Below are positions 29,224 through 40,351 of a DNA stretch of 64,000 nt, piece by piece. The notes below the pieces were generated by a model. It ran no database searches. It was not told where the DNA came from and worked only from the letters and a program-made list of their open reading frames with translations. Numbering within the stretch: the first letter of the stretch is position 1; every line of letters begins with the position of its first letter. Position numbers and translations under genes: made by a program. The stretch is from positions 262,854 through 326,853 of the forward strand of contig CAKMYZ010000002.1 in assembly GCA_929200255.1 (NCBI GenBank), read 5' to 3'. The stretch comes from an uncultured Alphaproteobacteria bacterium. Its GTDB lineage: Bacteria; Pseudomonadota; Alphaproteobacteria; Rhodobacterales; Rhodobacteraceae.

Positions 29224-30572
29224 GTATTGCTGCGCACGATCTGTGCGCCAAGGTCGGCCATCAGCCCCTCAAAGATCGGGAAGGAGGTGGCAATCGGACT
29301 GCCATCATCAATGTGAACCGGCTTTTGCGTGGCCATCCCCATGACGGCAAAGGCCATCGCAATGCGGTGATCCAATTCGCTTGCCACGGTTGCACTGCCG
29401 GGCACATTGCCATGACCCAGCCCGGTGACCTGCCACCAGTCGGGGCCGTCATTGACCTGCACACCGGCAGCGCGCAATCCTTTGGCCATCGCATCAATGC
29501 GATCGCTTTCCTTCACGCGGAGTTCCTTGACGCCCTGCATATCGGTCACGCCCTCTGCGAATGCGGCCACCACCGACAAAACGGGATATTCATCAATCAT
29601 GCTGGCCGCACGCGCAGGCGGCACCACGATGCCCTGAAGGTCGGGTGAGAATTTCGCGCGCAGATCGGCGACCGGTTCGCCACCCTCTTCGCGCATGTTC
29701 TCAAAGGTCAGGTCAGCCCCCATCTCTTGCAAGGTTGTGAACAGACCCGCACGGGTTGGATTCAACCCGATATTGGGGACCAGCACATCAGAGCCGGGCA
29801 CAATCAGGGCGGCACAGACCGGAAACGCCGCAGATGATGGATCACGGGGGACAATGATGGTCTGCGGGATCAGTTCTGGTTGGCCATCCAGCGTGATCAC
29901 CCGGCCTTCGCTGGTTTCTTCAACATGCAATGTCGCGCCAAAGCCCTGCAGCATACGTTCCGTATGATCGCGGGTCGCTTCTTTCTCGATCACCACGGTC
30001 TGGCCCGGCGCATTCAAACCCGCCAAAAGCACCGCCGATTTCACCTGCGCCGATGGCACAGGCACGGTGTAGCGCACCGGGACAGGCTCTGCCGCGCCCA
30101 CCAGGGTCATGGGCAAACGGCCACCTTCTCGGCCAACGGCCTGGGTGCCAAACAGCGCCAGCGGGTCAGTGACCCGACCCATCGGGCGGCCATTGAGCGA
30201 TGCGTCACCCGTAAAGGTCGCCGTAATGGGTGAGGTCGCCATCGCACCCATGATCAACCGCACGCCGGTGCCGGAATTGCCGCAGTCAATGATGTTCTGA
30301 GGTTCCGCAAACCCACCAACACCAACACCCGAAACCGTCCACTCACCCCCCCCATGATCGGTCACTGTCGCCCCAAAGGCGCGCATGGCCTTGGCGGTAT
30401 CGAGGACATCATCACCCTCCAGCAAACCCGTGATCCGGGTCTCACCAACGCAAAGCGCCCCCAGGATCAATGAGCGATGCGAGATCGACTTGTCGCCGGG
30501 CACATGCGCTATGCCTTTCAAAGGGCCGCAGGGCCGGGATGTCATCGGGATCGGGGTGCCATGGCCGGACAT
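29220..30572 (-). CDS. aroA: 3-phosphoshikimate 1-carboxyvinyltransferase (EPSP synthase)
   Basis: PGDKSISHR and LGNSGT-type (CGNSGTGVR) motifs; start at ATG 30572 with AAGGA upstream. Confidence 0.9.
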   Translation of the reverse strand: MSGHGTPIPMTSRPCGPLKGIAHVPGDKSISHRSLILGALCVGETRITGLLEGDDVLDTAKAMRAFGATVTDHGGGEWTVSGVGVGGFAEPQNIIDCGNSGTGVRLIMGAMATSPITATFTGDASLNGRPMGRVTDPLALFGTQAVGREGGRLPMTLVGAAEPVPVRYTVPVPSAQVKSAVLLAGLNAPGQTVVIEKEATRDHTERMLQGFGATLHVEETSEGRVITLDGQPELIPQTIIVPRDPSSAAFPVCAALIVPGSDVLVPNIGLNPTRAGLFTTLQEMGADLTFENMREEGGEPVADLRAKFSPDLQGIVVPPARAASMIDEYPVLSVVAAFAEGVTDMQGVKELRVKESDRIDAMAKGLRAAGVQVNDGPDWWQVTGLGHGNVPGSATVASELDHRIAMAFAVMGMATQKPVHIDDGSPIATSFPIFEGLMADLGAQIVRSNT

Positions 30573-30679
30573 ATCAGGAATTCCTTCTCGCTTGCGCCGC
30601 TGATAGCGCAGGGTCGCTGCAGGGTCCATTCCCCTGCTTCGTCGTGGCCGGGAAAAACACGCGCCTGCGGTTCCGGCAC

Positions 30680-31393
30680 TCAAACGCGGCGAAAGGTCAG
30701 GTAATGCGGGGTACGGCCTTCGCGCAGGGCTTTCTGCTCATAACGGGTGGAGTGCCAGTCAGGCCAGGGCGTGCGCCAATCCGCAGGCGCTTGCGCGAGC
30801 CATTCAAAGCCATGACGCGGGACCTGCTCTAGTGTCTGGCGCACATAATCGGGGATATCGGTGGCCACCCGCAGTTCCGCCCCCGGCTTCATCACCCGGT
30901 GTAGCGGGGCCAGATGCTCTGGCGTGACAAATCGGCGTCGGTGGTGGCGTTTCTTGGGCCATGGGTCAGGGTAGTTGAGGAACACCTTGCTGAGCGTGGC
31001 ATCGGGCAACACATCAAAAAGATCACGGACATCGCCGGGATGGACACGCAGATTGGACACGTCAGCCTTGCGGATTTTGCCCAAAAGCATGGCGACGCCA
31101 TTGATGAAGGGCTCACAACCAATCAGGCCAACATCCCGGTAGATCTCGGCCATGTGCAACAGATGTTCCCCACCGCCAAAGCCGATCTCCAACCAGATAT
31201 CGCGGGCGCCAAACACCGAACGCAGATCAAGGGGCACGCGGTTGGGGTTCTCCTCCCAGCTGACCGGGCCGGGCGACAATGGTGCGAGGTCGTTCTCAAG
31301 GTAGTCATGTTGCGACGCACGGATCGTCTTGCCTTTGAAACGGCCATAGAAGTTGCGCCATGGGGCGCCAGAGGGGTGGCTGGTCTTGCTCAT
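30680..31393 (-). CDS. trmB: tRNA (guanine-N7)-methyltransferase
   Basis: 237 aa, [13 protein letters not shown] motif, [14 protein letters not shown]-type motif ([15 protein letters not shown]). Confidence 0.85.
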   Translation of the reverse strand: MSKTSHPSGAPWRNFYGRFKGKTIRASQHDYLENDLAPLSPGPVSWEENPNRVPLDLRSVFGARDIWLEIGFGGGEHLLHMAEIYRDVGLIGCEPFINGVAMLLGKIRKADVSNLRVHPGDVRDLFDVLPDATLSKVFLNYPDPWPKKRHHRRRFVTPEHLAPLHRVMKPGAELRVATDIPDYVRQTLEQVPRHGFEWLAQAPADWRTPWPDWHSTRYEQKALREGRTPHYLTFRRV

Positions 31394-31432
31394 TCAGAGG
31401 CTTTAGCAAGCTGGCCCCATCGGCGCAAACAC

Positions 31433-32104
31433 TCACTCGCGTAGAACGCCGGCTTCTTCCAGTTCTTGGCGCGTTGGGAACCACATACCGGGGCGGTATA
31501 TCTTGGATTCGACGGCAAAGGCAGGGTCGACACCGCGCGACAGCATATAGGCAATCTGCTCGGCTGTTGTATGCTGCGTGTCGCCATAAAGCCATGTCGC
31601 GAAATCCCAGGGCGTGTGCCAGTGGGACTGTTCGCGCCAGTATTTGTAGTAATCTCGTATATCGTCGGCATGCCAGCTGTTCTGGTGAAACCCGATCCTG
31701 GAGCCGCGGGTCATCTCGCGCCGCCCACCCGCAAGAAATACGGTGACACACGCGCTGCTACATTCGTCAACAACACGGGTGTCCAGTGCATAGTCCTGCA
31801 CGATTCGCGCCATTTCGGCCCCGACCCAAACCGCACCGCCGCTGCTTGTCAGTTGCAGAACTGCGATATCCTTGTTTTGCCGCAGATGTTCGGCAAGCAG
31901 CCCAGCATCCCCCTCCGATATCTCGGCATAAACGCCGTTGATCTCGATTTGGCTGTTGTAGATCAGCGTTGTACCATCAACCGAGAATTTTGCTTCTGCC
32001 GTGTTTTCCACCATGTCGGTCGTTGTTGTGAGTTTCTCAGCAAACAGTGGTGTGGCAGCGCCCTCCAGCAGACCTAAGACCAAGAAAAACTCTCGCAACA
32101 TCAT
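31433..32104 (-). CDS. periplasmic hypothetical protein (ClpP/NfeD-like fold suspected)
   Basis: Signal peptide; LTSSGG...CSSACVTVFLAG pattern; ATG 32104 with GGAGA upstream. Confidence 0.45.
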   Translation of the reverse strand: MMLREFFLVLGLLEGAATPLFAEKLTTTTDMVENTAEAKFSVDGTTLIYNSQIEINGVYAEISEGDAGLLAEHLRQNKDIAVLQLTSSGGAVWVGAEMARIVQDYALDTRVVDECSSACVTVFLAGGRREMTRGSRIGFHQNSWHADDIRDYYKYWREQSHWHTPWDFATWLYGDTQHTTAEQIAYMLSRGVDPAFAVESKIYRPGMWFPTRQELEEAGVLRE

Positions 32105-32187
32105 GCAATCTCCGAAAAACTTCAACATGCAGCTTAAAGGCGAGCATCGCCAGCGGCCAGTTATTTTCAGCGCGAGCGTGTCGACAT

Positions 32188-32213
32188 GTAAGGTGGATCA
32201 TGATCCACCTTAC
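32188..32213. repeat. REP-like palindrome copy 2 (GTAAGGTGGATCATGATCCACCTTAC)
   Basis: Perfect 26-nt palindrome, 5 nt downstream of the metK stop; identical to copy 3. Confidence 0.85.
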
Positions 32214-32218
32214 GCCAA

Positions 32219-33400
32219 TCAAACAGCCTTCTTCAAAGCCTCAACCAGATCAGTACGTTCCCAGCTAAACCCGCCATCAGCATCAGGTTCCCGACCAAAA
32301 TGGCCGTAGGCCGCAGTGCGTTCGTAAATTGGCCGGTTCAACCGCAGATGCTCACGAATACCGCGCGGTGTCAGCTCCATGACCTGCGCGATGGCCTGCT
32401 CAATGGCAACCGGATCAACCTCGCCTGTGCCGTGTGTGTCAGCATAGATAGACAGCGGTTTGGCCACCCCGATGGCATAGCTAAGCTGGATCGTACAGCG
32501 CGCTGCCATGCCCGCAGCCACGACGTTCTTGGCCAGATAGCGCGCAGCATATGCGGCCGAACGGTCCACTTTGGTTGGATCCTTGCCCGAGAACGCACCA
32601 CCACCGTGCGGCGCTGCACCACCATAGGTATCAACGATGATCTTGCGCCCCGTCAGCCCGGCATCGCCGTCGGGACCGCCGATGACAAATGTCCCCGTTG
32701 GGTTTACCCACCATTCGGTTTGGGGTGTGATCAACCCCTCTGGCAGCACTTCGCGAATGTAAGGCTCTACAATCGCGCGTATATCCTCACTGCCTTGGCT
32801 TTCGTCACGGTGCTGGGTTGACAGCACGATCTGCGTCGCCTCAACCGGTTTACCATCCACATAACGCAGGGAAATCTGACTTTTGGCATCCGGACGCAAG
32901 GTAGGCTCTTCGCCCGATTTGCGCACCTCGGCCAGGCGGCGCAGGATCGCATGCGCGTATTGGATCGGCGCCGGCATCAGGGCCTCGGTCTCGGTTGTGG
33001 CATAGCCAAACATGATACCCTGATCGCCCGCTCCTTCATCTTTGTCTTTGGCGGCATCAACGCCCTGAGCGATATGCGCGGATTGCTCATGCAGCAGGTT
33101 CGTCACCTCACAGGTCGCATGGTGAAACTTGTCCTGTTCATAACCGATATCCTTGATACAGGCGCGCGCAATATCCTCGACCCGGCCCATATAGTCCTTG
33201 AGCTTGGATTGGTCCGAAAGCCCAACCTCACCGCCAATCACAACGCGGTTTGTGGTGGCGAAGGTTTCGCAGGCGACCCGCGCTTCGGGTTCTTCTGCCA
33301 GGAATGCATCAAGGATCGCGTCTGAAATCCGGTCGCAGACTTTATCGGGGTGACCCTCAGAAACAGATTCCGAGGTAAAAATGTAGTTTTGCCGTGCCAT
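32219..33400 (-). CDS. metK: S-adenosylmethionine synthase
   Basis: [28 protein letters not shown] motifs; start at ATG 33400. Confidence 0.95.
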   Translation of the reverse strand: MARQNYIFTSESVSEGHPDKVCDRISDAILDAFLAEEPEARVACETFATTNRVVIGGEVGLSDQSKLKDYMGRVEDIARACIKDIGYEQDKFHHATCEVTNLLHEQSAHIAQGVDAAKDKDEGAGDQGIMFGYATTETEALMPAPIQYAHAILRRLAEVRKSGEEPTLRPDAKSQISLRYVDGKPVEATQIVLSTQHRDESQGSEDIRAIVEPYIREVLPEGLITPQTEWWVNPTGTFVIGGPDGDAGLTGRKIIVDTYGGAAPHGGGAFSGKDPTKVDRSAAYAARYLAKNVVAAGMAARCTIQLSYAIGVAKPLSIYADTHGTGEVDPVAIEQAIAQVMELTPRGIREHLRLNRPIYERTAAYGHFGREPDADGGFSWERTDLVEALKKAV

Positions 33401-33407
33401 GGGGAAG

Positions 33408-33451
33408 TGCTCCATTGAAAATTCTCTGCCACGTCAGGAAGCCGTTGTAAC
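33408..33451 (-). promoter_or_regulatory. SAM/SAH-type riboswitch in the metK leader
   Basis: Leader reads GUUACAACGGCUUCCUGACGUGGCAGAGAAUUUUCAAUGGAGCA. This closely matches my recollection of the Rhodobacterales SAM/SAH motif (ACAACGGCUUCCUGACGUGGCAGA...GGAGCA), and the 3-prime pseudoknot arm is the Shine-Dalgarno. Confidence 0.75.
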
Positions 33452-33489
33452 AGAATTACAACCCCGGATAGGGGGTGGGCAGTCTGAGG

Positions 33490-34989
33490 TCAATCGCTAT
33501 CGCGCTTCGCCATCAGATAACCCGGTATCATGAACAGTAGGAGCAGAATTATGGCAGGTAGATCGCCCCATCTTGCATAAAGCGTTTCCGGCAGTACCGC
33601 AGGCAAACGCGCATCCACGACCCCTTCTTCATTCATTGGCAGTGCCGCCGTCACCCGGCCACGGGCATCAATCATCGCGCTGAACCCTGTATTGGCGACC
33701 CGTACCATGGGAAGCCCCTGTTCGATGGCGCGCAATCGGGCCTGTGCCAGATGTTGACGCGGCCCTGCCCGTTGCCCAAACCAGGCATCATTTGTGATCA
33801 GCAAGAGCATCCGTGGGCGTGTGTCGCCATAGTTGATCTCTTCGGCAAAGATGCCTTCGTAGCAGATGAGCGGCACCGCGTCGCCGATCCCGGGTATCGT
33901 CACCGGCCCCGGTTCAGCACCAGGGGTAAACCCTGTGCCCAGACTGCGCGCCAGTCCCGTGGCCCCTGCCCTTCCGATCAGGGCCGCACCGGGCACATAT
34001 TCCCCAAACGGAACCAGATGCCGCTTGTCATAGATGGCCTGCACATCACCGCCCGGCCCCATCACAACCAAACTGTTGTACGCACGCAGTTCCGCGTCCA
34101 GTCGCTGGATGCCAAACACCAACGGTGCCCCGCGGGTGGCATCTGCCAAGAGGGGATACTCTGCGTCCAGTGTGTTCAGCAGATAAGGAACAGAGGTTTC
34201 GGGCCAGACCACCAGATCAGCAGCCTCCCCCTCGCCAGTCAACCGCAAGAGGCGCGCAAAGAACAGATCGCGATAGGCGGGATCCCATTTCTGGTTTTGC
34301 GGAGCGTTGGGTTGCACAAGACGCACCAGCGGCGCGTCGGTATCAGCGGTGGGCATCGGTCCGGGCTGTGCCACAAAGTTCAGCGCCACCAACACGCCCA
34401 GCGCAACCAGCCCAACCAATCGGGCAGAACCGAGAAGTGCGGCCAAAGCCCAGGCGCAAAGCACAACCAAGAGGCTAAGCAGATGCGGACCACCCCAAGC
34501 CGCCACCTGCACAATGCCAGTGGCCAGCCAGACGTGCCCCAAAAGCACCCAGGGAAACCCGGTCAGGATCAATGCGCGCAACACTTCTGCACCAACCAGC
34601 ATCAGGCCCGGCATCAGGGTACTCTGCGGGGCAACCCGGTGCGACACCCACCCCGCCAGCGCCCAGAACAGGGCGGCACCGCCCCCCATCATGAGCAAGG
34701 CAAAAGGGGCCATCCAGCCGTGACGAGCCACATCCACCAGAAACGGTTCGACAATCCAGTGCAAGCTGAAGACAAAATAGCCAAAGCCAAATGACCAAAA
34801 CAAAAATGCCGATTGGCGGGCAGTCCGACTTGTGGGGGCAATCACAAAGACAGCGGCCAGTGCCAGCATCGTGAGCGGCCACAGATCAAAGGGCGCCTGC
34901 CCCAACGCGGCCAAAACGCCCAAACCTGCCAGCAGCAGCCAACGCACCCACCCGGACACATGCGTAAACCGCACCAAAAGATCAGGCAT
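33490..34989 (-). CDS. lnt: apolipoprotein N-acyltransferase
   Basis: 499 aa, N-terminal multi-span domain plus C-terminal nitrilase-like domain (WPE, ICYE motifs); ybeY-corC-lnt context. Confidence 0.9.
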   Translation of the reverse strand: MPDLLVRFTHVSGWVRWLLLAGLGVLAALGQAPFDLWPLTMLALAAVFVIAPTSRTARQSAFLFWSFGFGYFVFSLHWIVEPFLVDVARHGWMAPFALLMMGGGAALFWALAGWVSHRVAPQSTLMPGLMLVGAEVLRALILTGFPWVLLGHVWLATGIVQVAAWGGPHLLSLLVVLCAWALAALLGSARLVGLVALGVLVALNFVAQPGPMPTADTDAPLVRLVQPNAPQNQKWDPAYRDLFFARLLRLTGEGEAADLVVWPETSVPYLLNTLDAEYPLLADATRGAPLVFGIQRLDAELRAYNSLVVMGPGGDVQAIYDKRHLVPFGEYVPGAALIGRAGATGLARSLGTGFTPGAEPGPVTIPGIGDAVPLICYEGIFAEEINYGDTRPRMLLLITNDAWFGQRAGPRQHLAQARLRAIEQGLPMVRVANTGFSAMIDARGRVTAALPMNEEGVVDARLPAVLPETLYARWGDLPAIILLLLFMIPGYLMAKRDSD

Positions 34990-35887
34990 CCCGTCTTTCC
35001 GGTTTGCGTTGCGAAGGCGTCAGGCGCACCCGCAACCGCTTGATCCGGCGGGGATCAGCATCAACAACCTCAAACTCCGGACCATCAGGGTGCGCGATCA
35101 TCTCTCCGCGCACAGGCAAATGACCGGCAAGCATCGTCACCAACCCGCCCAGCGTACCGATCTCTTCTTCATCAATTTGATCGTGTGTCGTCAGATCCAT
35201 GCCAATCTCGGCCTGAAACACATCCAACTCGGTCCGGGCCTGCGCCAGATAACAACCGGGTTTTTCCATGATCCAGCTTTTGGCTTCTTCGATGTCGTGT
35301 TCGTCTTCGATTTCGCCCACGACCTGTTCGATGACATCCTCGATCGTGACCAGCCCATCGGTGCCGCCATACTCGTCAATGACCAACGCCATATGGATAC
35401 GTTCAGCCTGCATCTTGGTCAGCAGAACACCCAACGGCATCGACGGCGGCACATAGATCAACGGGCGCAGCATTTCGCGCAGATCCATCGACGTGCTTTT
35501 CCCGTTAAACCCATGCCGCAGGGCAAAATCCTTGAGGTTTGCAATACCAATCGGGGTGTCCAGCGTGCCGTCATAGACCGGCAGTCGGGTCAACCCGCTG
35601 TCGCGGAACACTTCGACAAGTTCATCCTTAGTGATCGTTGCCGGCACAGCCACGATATCAGGCTTGGGGATGGCCACATCCTCTACACGCATACGTCGGA
35701 GATTCAGCATGCCCAGAACAGAGCCCGCTGGCTTCGCGTGCTCTGATGGGCGCGTCTGAAGCAGTTCCGGCTGTGCGGGCGGGCGAATGGCGTGTTTCAA
35801 GCGGGTCCAAAGGCCTGCCTGTGTGTCTGTCTGGTCCTGTTGCGCGCTTTGCGCTGCGATAGATGGACCCGCGTCTGTGTCGCCCAT
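34982..35887 (-). CDS. corC: CBS-pair/CorC-HlyC family protein (Mg/Co efflux-associated)
   Basis: Tandem CBS domains plus CorC_HlyC C-terminal domain pattern; conserved operon position. Confidence 0.75.
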   Translation of the reverse strand: MGDTDAGPSIAAQSAQQDQTDTQAGLWTRLKHAIRPPAQPELLQTRPSEHAKPAGSVLGMLNLRRMRVEDVAIPKPDIVAVPATITKDELVEVFRDSGLTRLPVYDGTLDTPIGIANLKDFALRHGFNGKSTSMDLREMLRPLIYVPPSMPLGVLLTKMQAERIHMALVIDEYGGTDGLVTIEDVIEQVVGEIEDEHDIEEAKSWIMEKPGCYLAQARTELDVFQAEIGMDLTTHDQIDEEEIGTLGGLVTMLAGHLPVRGEMIAHPDGPEFEVVDADPRRIKRLRVRLTPSQRKPERRDA

Positions 35888-35908
35888 TTTTTCCTTACCT
35901 ATAAAGGC

Positions 35909-36409
35909 CTAGTGGCCCGTCTCATTCCTATATGGGTCAGCAATACCCAATTTGCCAAGTATTTCAGTTTCCAATCCCTCCATCAGGGTGGCATCGCGGT
36001 CACGTTCGTGATCGAAACCCAACAGATGGAGTGTGGCATGTATCAGCAAGTGAACGGCGTGGTCACCTATGGTTTTCCCTGCCTCGGCGGCTTCGCGCGC
36101 GCAGGTGTCATAGGCAATGGCGATATCACCCAATTCACTGTCTGCGCCGACCTCTGGCATCATCGGCATCTCGCCGTCGATCACGGCTCCCCGCTCATGT
36201 GAAGGCCAGCTAAGTACATTTGTCGGACGCAGTTTACCCCGGAAATCTTCGTTCAGAACGGCAATACGCGCGTCATTGCACGCAAGTACGCCGATCTCGA
36301 ACAGGGATGGCTCTAGCCCCAAATGCGCCAATGTGGCATCAGTGGCACCTTGGGCGAGGCTTTCAATCGCAGCCCAGCGCGGGTCCTCAACCATACAATC
36401 CACAGTCAC
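35909..36409 (-). CDS. ybeY: rRNA maturation endoribonuclease YbeY
   Basis: Metal-binding motif HATLHLLGFDH; 166 aa. Confidence 0.9.
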   Translation of the reverse strand: MTVDCMVEDPRWAAIESLAQGATDATLAHLGLEPSLFEIGVLACNDARIAVLNEDFRGKLRPTNVLSWPSHERGAVIDGEMPMMPEVGADSELGDIAIAYDTCAREAAEAGKTIGDHAVHLLIHATLHLLGFDHERDRDATLMEGLETEILGKLGIADPYRNETGH

Positions 36410-37419
36410 TTCGGATCATCCGCCTCATAGGCTTCGATGATAGCAGCGACCAGAGGATGGCGCACGACATCCTTGGAGGTAAAGTAGTTAAAGCTGATCT
36501 TGGGAATGTTCTTGAGTAACCGCTCGGCATCCCACAGGCCCGAATTCACACCGCGCGGCAGGTCGATCTGCGTGCGGTCGCCGGTAATGACCATGCGTGA
36601 CCCCTCACCCAGACGGGTCAGGAACATCTTCATCTGCATGGTTGTGGCGTTCTGCGCCTCATCCAGCACGACAAAAGCATTGGACAGTGTCCGTCCGCGC
36701 ATAAAGGCCAAAGGCGCAATTTCAATGACCTTTTCCTCGATCATCTTGGCCGATTGCTTTCCGGGCAGAAAATCATTCAGCGCGTCATAAAGCGGCTGCA
36801 TGTATGGATCGACCTTGTCCTTCATGTCCCCGGGCAGATAGCCCAGCTTCTCACCGGCTTCCACAGCGGGACGCGACAAGATGATCTTGTCCACATGACC
36901 AGAGATCAGCATGTTGACGCCCACGGCAACAGCCAGATAGGTCTTGCCTGTACCTGCGGGGCCAATACCAAAGGCCAATTCTTTTTCAAAAAGCGATTTG
37001 ACGTAAGCCTTCTGCGCATCAGTGCGCGGCTCAATCAGCTTCTTGCGGGTCTTGATCTCAACCCGCAATGTCTCACCTTTGAACAATTCGATCTGATCGT
37101 CGCCGTGCGCGGGGCGGCGGGTCGGTTCCGCACCCATGCGCAATTCGCGGTCCAGATCGCCGGGTTCCAGCGTGCGACCTGCCTCAAGACGGCCATAAAG
37201 CGCCTGCAAAACTTGTGTGGCCTCATGGCGGGCGTCATCCTCGCCAATCACAGCAAGTTGGTTGCCGCGACGCAGAATTTGCACATCCAGTTTATCTTCA
37301 ATGGTGGTCAGGTTGCGGTCATATTCACCGCAAAGATCGATCAGCAAAAAGTTGTCCGGAAATTCCAGCAGGGCTTCTGTCGCAGTTTCAGCGGGTGGGG
37401 TCAGGGCACCAGTGGCCAA
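36406..37419 (-). CDS. phoH: PhoH-family ATPase
   Basis: Walker A GPAGTGKT, VLDEAQN motif; ATGA overlap with ybeY. Confidence 0.9.
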   Translation of the reverse strand: MATGALTPPAETATEALLEFPDNFLLIDLCGEYDRNLTTIEDKLDVQILRRGNQLAVIGEDDARHEATQVLQALYGRLEAGRTLEPGDLDRELRMGAEPTRRPAHGDDQIELFKGETLRVEIKTRKKLIEPRTDAQKAYVKSLFEKELAFGIGPAGTGKTYLAVAVGVNMLISGHVDKIILSRPAVEAGEKLGYLPGDMKDKVDPYMQPLYDALNDFLPGKQSAKMIEEKVIEIAPLAFMRGRTLSNAFVVLDEAQNATTMQMKMFLTRLGEGSRMVITGDRTQIDLPRGVNSGLWDAERLLKNIPKISFNYFTSKDVVRHPLVAAIIEAYEADDPK

Positions 37420-37543
37420 TCATCTCTCCTTTTAAGTCTAGATACAGGCATGGTGGCAAGTCGGACCGCAAGGCGCAAGGGATCAAACTCAAATGTCAGG
37501 GGGTTGATCGGAATTTTCGCGCGTAACGTGGGTTGCACCCACC

Positions 37544-38851
37544 CTACAGCAGCTCACCCTTCAACGAATTTGGGCTGTCCTGCACGACCTTCACGCGGCG
37601 CACTTGGCCCAGCACATCCGTAGGCGCATCAGCATAAACCGCATGCAGATATTCGGATTTCCCGATCATCTGACCGGCTTCGCGGCCCGCCTTCTCGAAC
37701 AGGACCTTTACCTCGCGACCCACCATCGACGCCTGTGTTGTCTGCTGCTGTGCGCGCAACAAGGCCTGCAACCGCTGCAAACGATCATTCATCACATCCT
37801 CGGGCAGCTGCGGTTTTTCCGCCGCCGGTGTGCCGGGGCGGGTCGAATACTTGAACGAGTACGCCTGCCCATAATGCACGTCGCGGACCAATTGCATGGT
37901 GTCTTCGAAATCTTCATCCGTCTCACCGGGGAAACCGACAATAAAGTCGCCCGACAACAACAGATCAGGGCGTGCTGCACGAATACGCTCGATCAGCCGC
38001 AAATAGCTTTCGCCGGTATGTTTGCGGTTCATCGCTTTGAGGATGCGATCAGAGCCAGATTGCACGGGCAAATGCAGATAGGGCATCAGTTTGTCACAGG
38101 TACCATGGGCCGCGATCAGCGCATCATCCATGTCGTTAGGGTGCGATGTGGTAAAGCGAATGCGTTCCAATCCATCAACCTTGTCCAGCGCCCAGATCAG
38201 GCCCGCCAAGCCACCCTCATGCCCGTGATAGGCGTTCACGTTCTGGCCCAGTAGCGTGATTTCCTTCACGCCGCTTTCCACCTGTTCCTGTGCCTCGCGA
38301 ATAATGCGATCGGCGGGGCGGGAAACTTCGGCCCCACGGGTGTAAGGCACCACACAGAATGCGCAAAACTTGTCGCAACCTTCCTGGACGGTTAAGAACG
38401 CTGTCGGGCCACGTTTGGCTTTGGCGCGGGTTTTGAGCGTCTCAAACTTGTCATCATCCGGGAAATCAGTATCCAGCGCCTTGGCCCCAGTCTGTATGGC
38501 GTCATCCATCGCAGGCAGACGGTGATAACTTTGCGGACCAACAACGAGATCAACCATCGGCTGGCGGCGCATGATCTCTTCACCCTCGGCCTGAGCCACA
38601 CAACCGGCCACACCGATTTTGAGGTCGGGGTTTTCGGCCTTCAGCCCCTTGAAGCGTCCCAGCTCGGAGTAGACCTTCTCAGCCGCTTTTTCACGGATAT
38701 GACAAGTATTGAGCAGAATCATGTCCGCATCATCTGGCGTCTGGGTTTCGACATACCCCTTGCCGCCCAGCGCCTCAGCCATGCGTTCGCTGTCATAGAC
38801 GTTCATCTGGCAGCCATATGTCTTGATAAAAAGCTTTTTGGGCGCGGACAT
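37544..38851 (-). CDS. miaB: tRNA-i6A37 methylthiotransferase
   Basis: [11 protein letters not shown]-terminus, radical [15 protein letters not shown] end; start at ATG 38851. Confidence 0.9.
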   Translation of the reverse strand: MSAPKKLFIKTYGCQMNVYDSERMAEALGGKGYVETQTPDDADMILLNTCHIREKAAEKVYSELGRFKGLKAENPDLKIGVAGCVAQAEGEEIMRRQPMVDLVVGPQSYHRLPAMDDAIQTGAKALDTDFPDDDKFETLKTRAKAKRGPTAFLTVQEGCDKFCAFCVVPYTRGAEVSRPADRIIREAQEQVESGVKEITLLGQNVNAYHGHEGGLAGLIWALDKVDGLERIRFTTSHPNDMDDALIAAHGTCDKLMPYLHLPVQSGSDRILKAMNRKHTGESYLRLIERIRAARPDLLLSGDFIVGFPGETDEDFEDTMQLVRDVHYGQAYSFKYSTRPGTPAAEKPQLPEDVMNDRLQRLQALLRAQQQTTQASMVGREVKVLFEKAGREAGQMIGKSEYLHAVYADAPTDVLGQVRRVKVVQDSPNSLKGELL

Positions 38852-38962
38852 CGCAAAGACCTTGGGTTGGAGAACTGGTGGCCTTCTAGCGGCTTGGCGG
38901 ATTGCTTGCAATGCGGCGCAATTTAGCCGAATTTGCGCAAACCTCAGCAGAACAGACGGCAC

Positions 38963-39826
38963 ATGCATTTTATATCCCTGTCCATGCTCAAAGCGAACGC
39001 CAGGCAGTCACTGGGCAGCGGGCCCGTTGGGTTAATCCTGATGGACGATGACGTGGAGTTGAAGAGCACGATCGCACATCACCTGCGAGCGGGATTTGGC
39101 GATCTGCTCATCTTTTGCGCACCGGAGACGGCTATGCCGGGCGATTTGGCGCCAAATGTGCACCGGGTGGACTGTGAAGTGACCGATGATGATGCCCTGC
39201 CCATGGTGATCAACACCGTGATCAGGGCCTTGCCGGGGCGGTGGATTTACTACTGCTATAATGCCGAGTACCTTTACTATCCATTCTGCGAAGACCGCAG
39301 TGTCGGCGAAATGCTGGCCTTCATGACCGAAGAGCGGCGCGATACGGTCATGACCCATCTGGTCGATCTTTATCCGTCAAACCTGTCCGCCCACCCTTGT
39401 GGCGTTGATCGTCAAGACGCGCATTTTGATCGCTCTGGCTATTACGCGCTGGCGCGCGAAGATGCGGCTGGGAAGGCGCTTGATCGGCAGATCGACGTCT
39501 ATGGCGGGCTGCGCTGGCGGTTTGAGGAACATATCACCAGCGCAAGGCAACGGTTGAACCGGGTGTCGTTCTTTCGGGCGGTGCCGGGGCTTGCGATGCT
39601 GCCCGACCGCTCTTTCAACATCGCAGAGTTCAACACATTCTCTTGCCCTTGGCATAACAACCTCTCAGCCGCCGTGGGATCGTTTCGCACAGCCAAGGCA
39701 CTGCGCCGCAATCCGGGTAGTCGCAATGTGATCAACACCTTCCACTGCCCGCAATCAGAACGTTTTAGCTGGCGATCCCAGCAACTTTTGGACCTGGGCC
39801 TGATGGAACCAGGGCAATGGTTTTGA
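38963..39826 (+). CDS. hypothetical protein, unknown function
   Basis: Long ORF divergent from miaB with normal local GC and codon look; start uncertain (TTG 38933, ATG 38963 or 38984); no motif recognised. Confidence 0.5.
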   Translation: MHFISLSMLKANARQSLGSGPVGLILMDDDVELKSTIAHHLRAGFGDLLIFCAPETAMPGDLAPNVHRVDCEVTDDDALPMVINTVIRALPGRWIYYCYNAEYLYYPFCEDRSVGEMLAFMTEERRDTVMTHLVDLYPSNLSAHPCGVDRQDAHFDRSGYYALAREDAAGKALDRQIDVYGGLRWRFEEHITSARQRLNRVSFFRAVPGLAMLPDRSFNIAEFNTFSCPWHNNLSAAVGSFRTAKALRRNPGSRNVINTFHCPQSERFSWRSQQLLDLGLMEPGQWF

Positions 39827-40301
39827 CAGATTGGCTTGCCTGCGCACGGTGAAGTGAGCAATAGGGCCAATCACTTGGCTTGCGCACAAGGCCCGCGTGA
39901 ATTGGAGCCGAGCGGATTAGATGCATGTGCAGGGCCAGGTCATCTTCATCCCGGATGAGATGTTCCCAGAACCTGCGCTGCCAGATACCTTTTTCGCCCC
40001 GTTTGCGATGGCCGGGCGGGACGAACGCCGGCGCAGGCACATTTCGCGAAAAGGCTGTTTTGATCATCCGCCAACGCTTGGAAAAATCTGCATCATCCTC
40101 GGGTAGGGTCCAGATCATATGAAGCTTGTTTGGCAGAATGACCGCGGCATCAATCACAAACGGCCAGCGCTTGCGGGCAAGCCGCGTGGCATCGCGCAGC
40201 AGGTCAATACGGCTGATCAGCAGATCGGACCGCTGATCCTGCAGACGGACAGTGAAGAAATAGGTGCCTCCGGGCACACGTAAGCGGCGATAGTTCGACA
40301 T
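39765..40301 (-). CDS. REP-associated tyrosine transposase (RayT/TnpA-REP)-like protein, probably inactive
   Basis: Collinear by eye with E. coli RayT/YafM (YRR..V.GGTYFFTV, LP..LH.IWTLPEDDADFSKRW, IWQRRFWEH.IR, SDWP), but the HUH position reads KLH and the YI..NP nucleophile region reads LIRSAP. Confidence 0.7.
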   Translation of the reverse strand: MSNYRRLRVPGGTYFFTVRLQDQRSDLLISRIDLLRDATRLARKRWPFVIDAAVILPNKLHMIWTLPEDDADFSKRWRMIKTAFSRNVPAPAFVPPGHRKRGEKGIWQRRFWEHLIRDEDDLALHMHLIRSAPIHAGLVRKPSDWPYCSLHRAQASQSVKTIALVPSGPGPKVAGIAS

Positions 40302-40351
40302 CACGCCAGAGTGGCGCGACAAAGTTAATGAAGTATAAAGCGCCGTAAAAC

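Noticed and set aside
33751-34794. 347-aa ORF antisense to lnt (similar cases at 2852-3898, 6846-7829, 34832-35746, 36754-37623, 41908-42738 and 988-1803)
   Set aside because: All of these overlap confidently identified genes on the opposite strand and translate to Arg/Pro/His-rich low-complexity sequence typical of GC-rich antisense frames.
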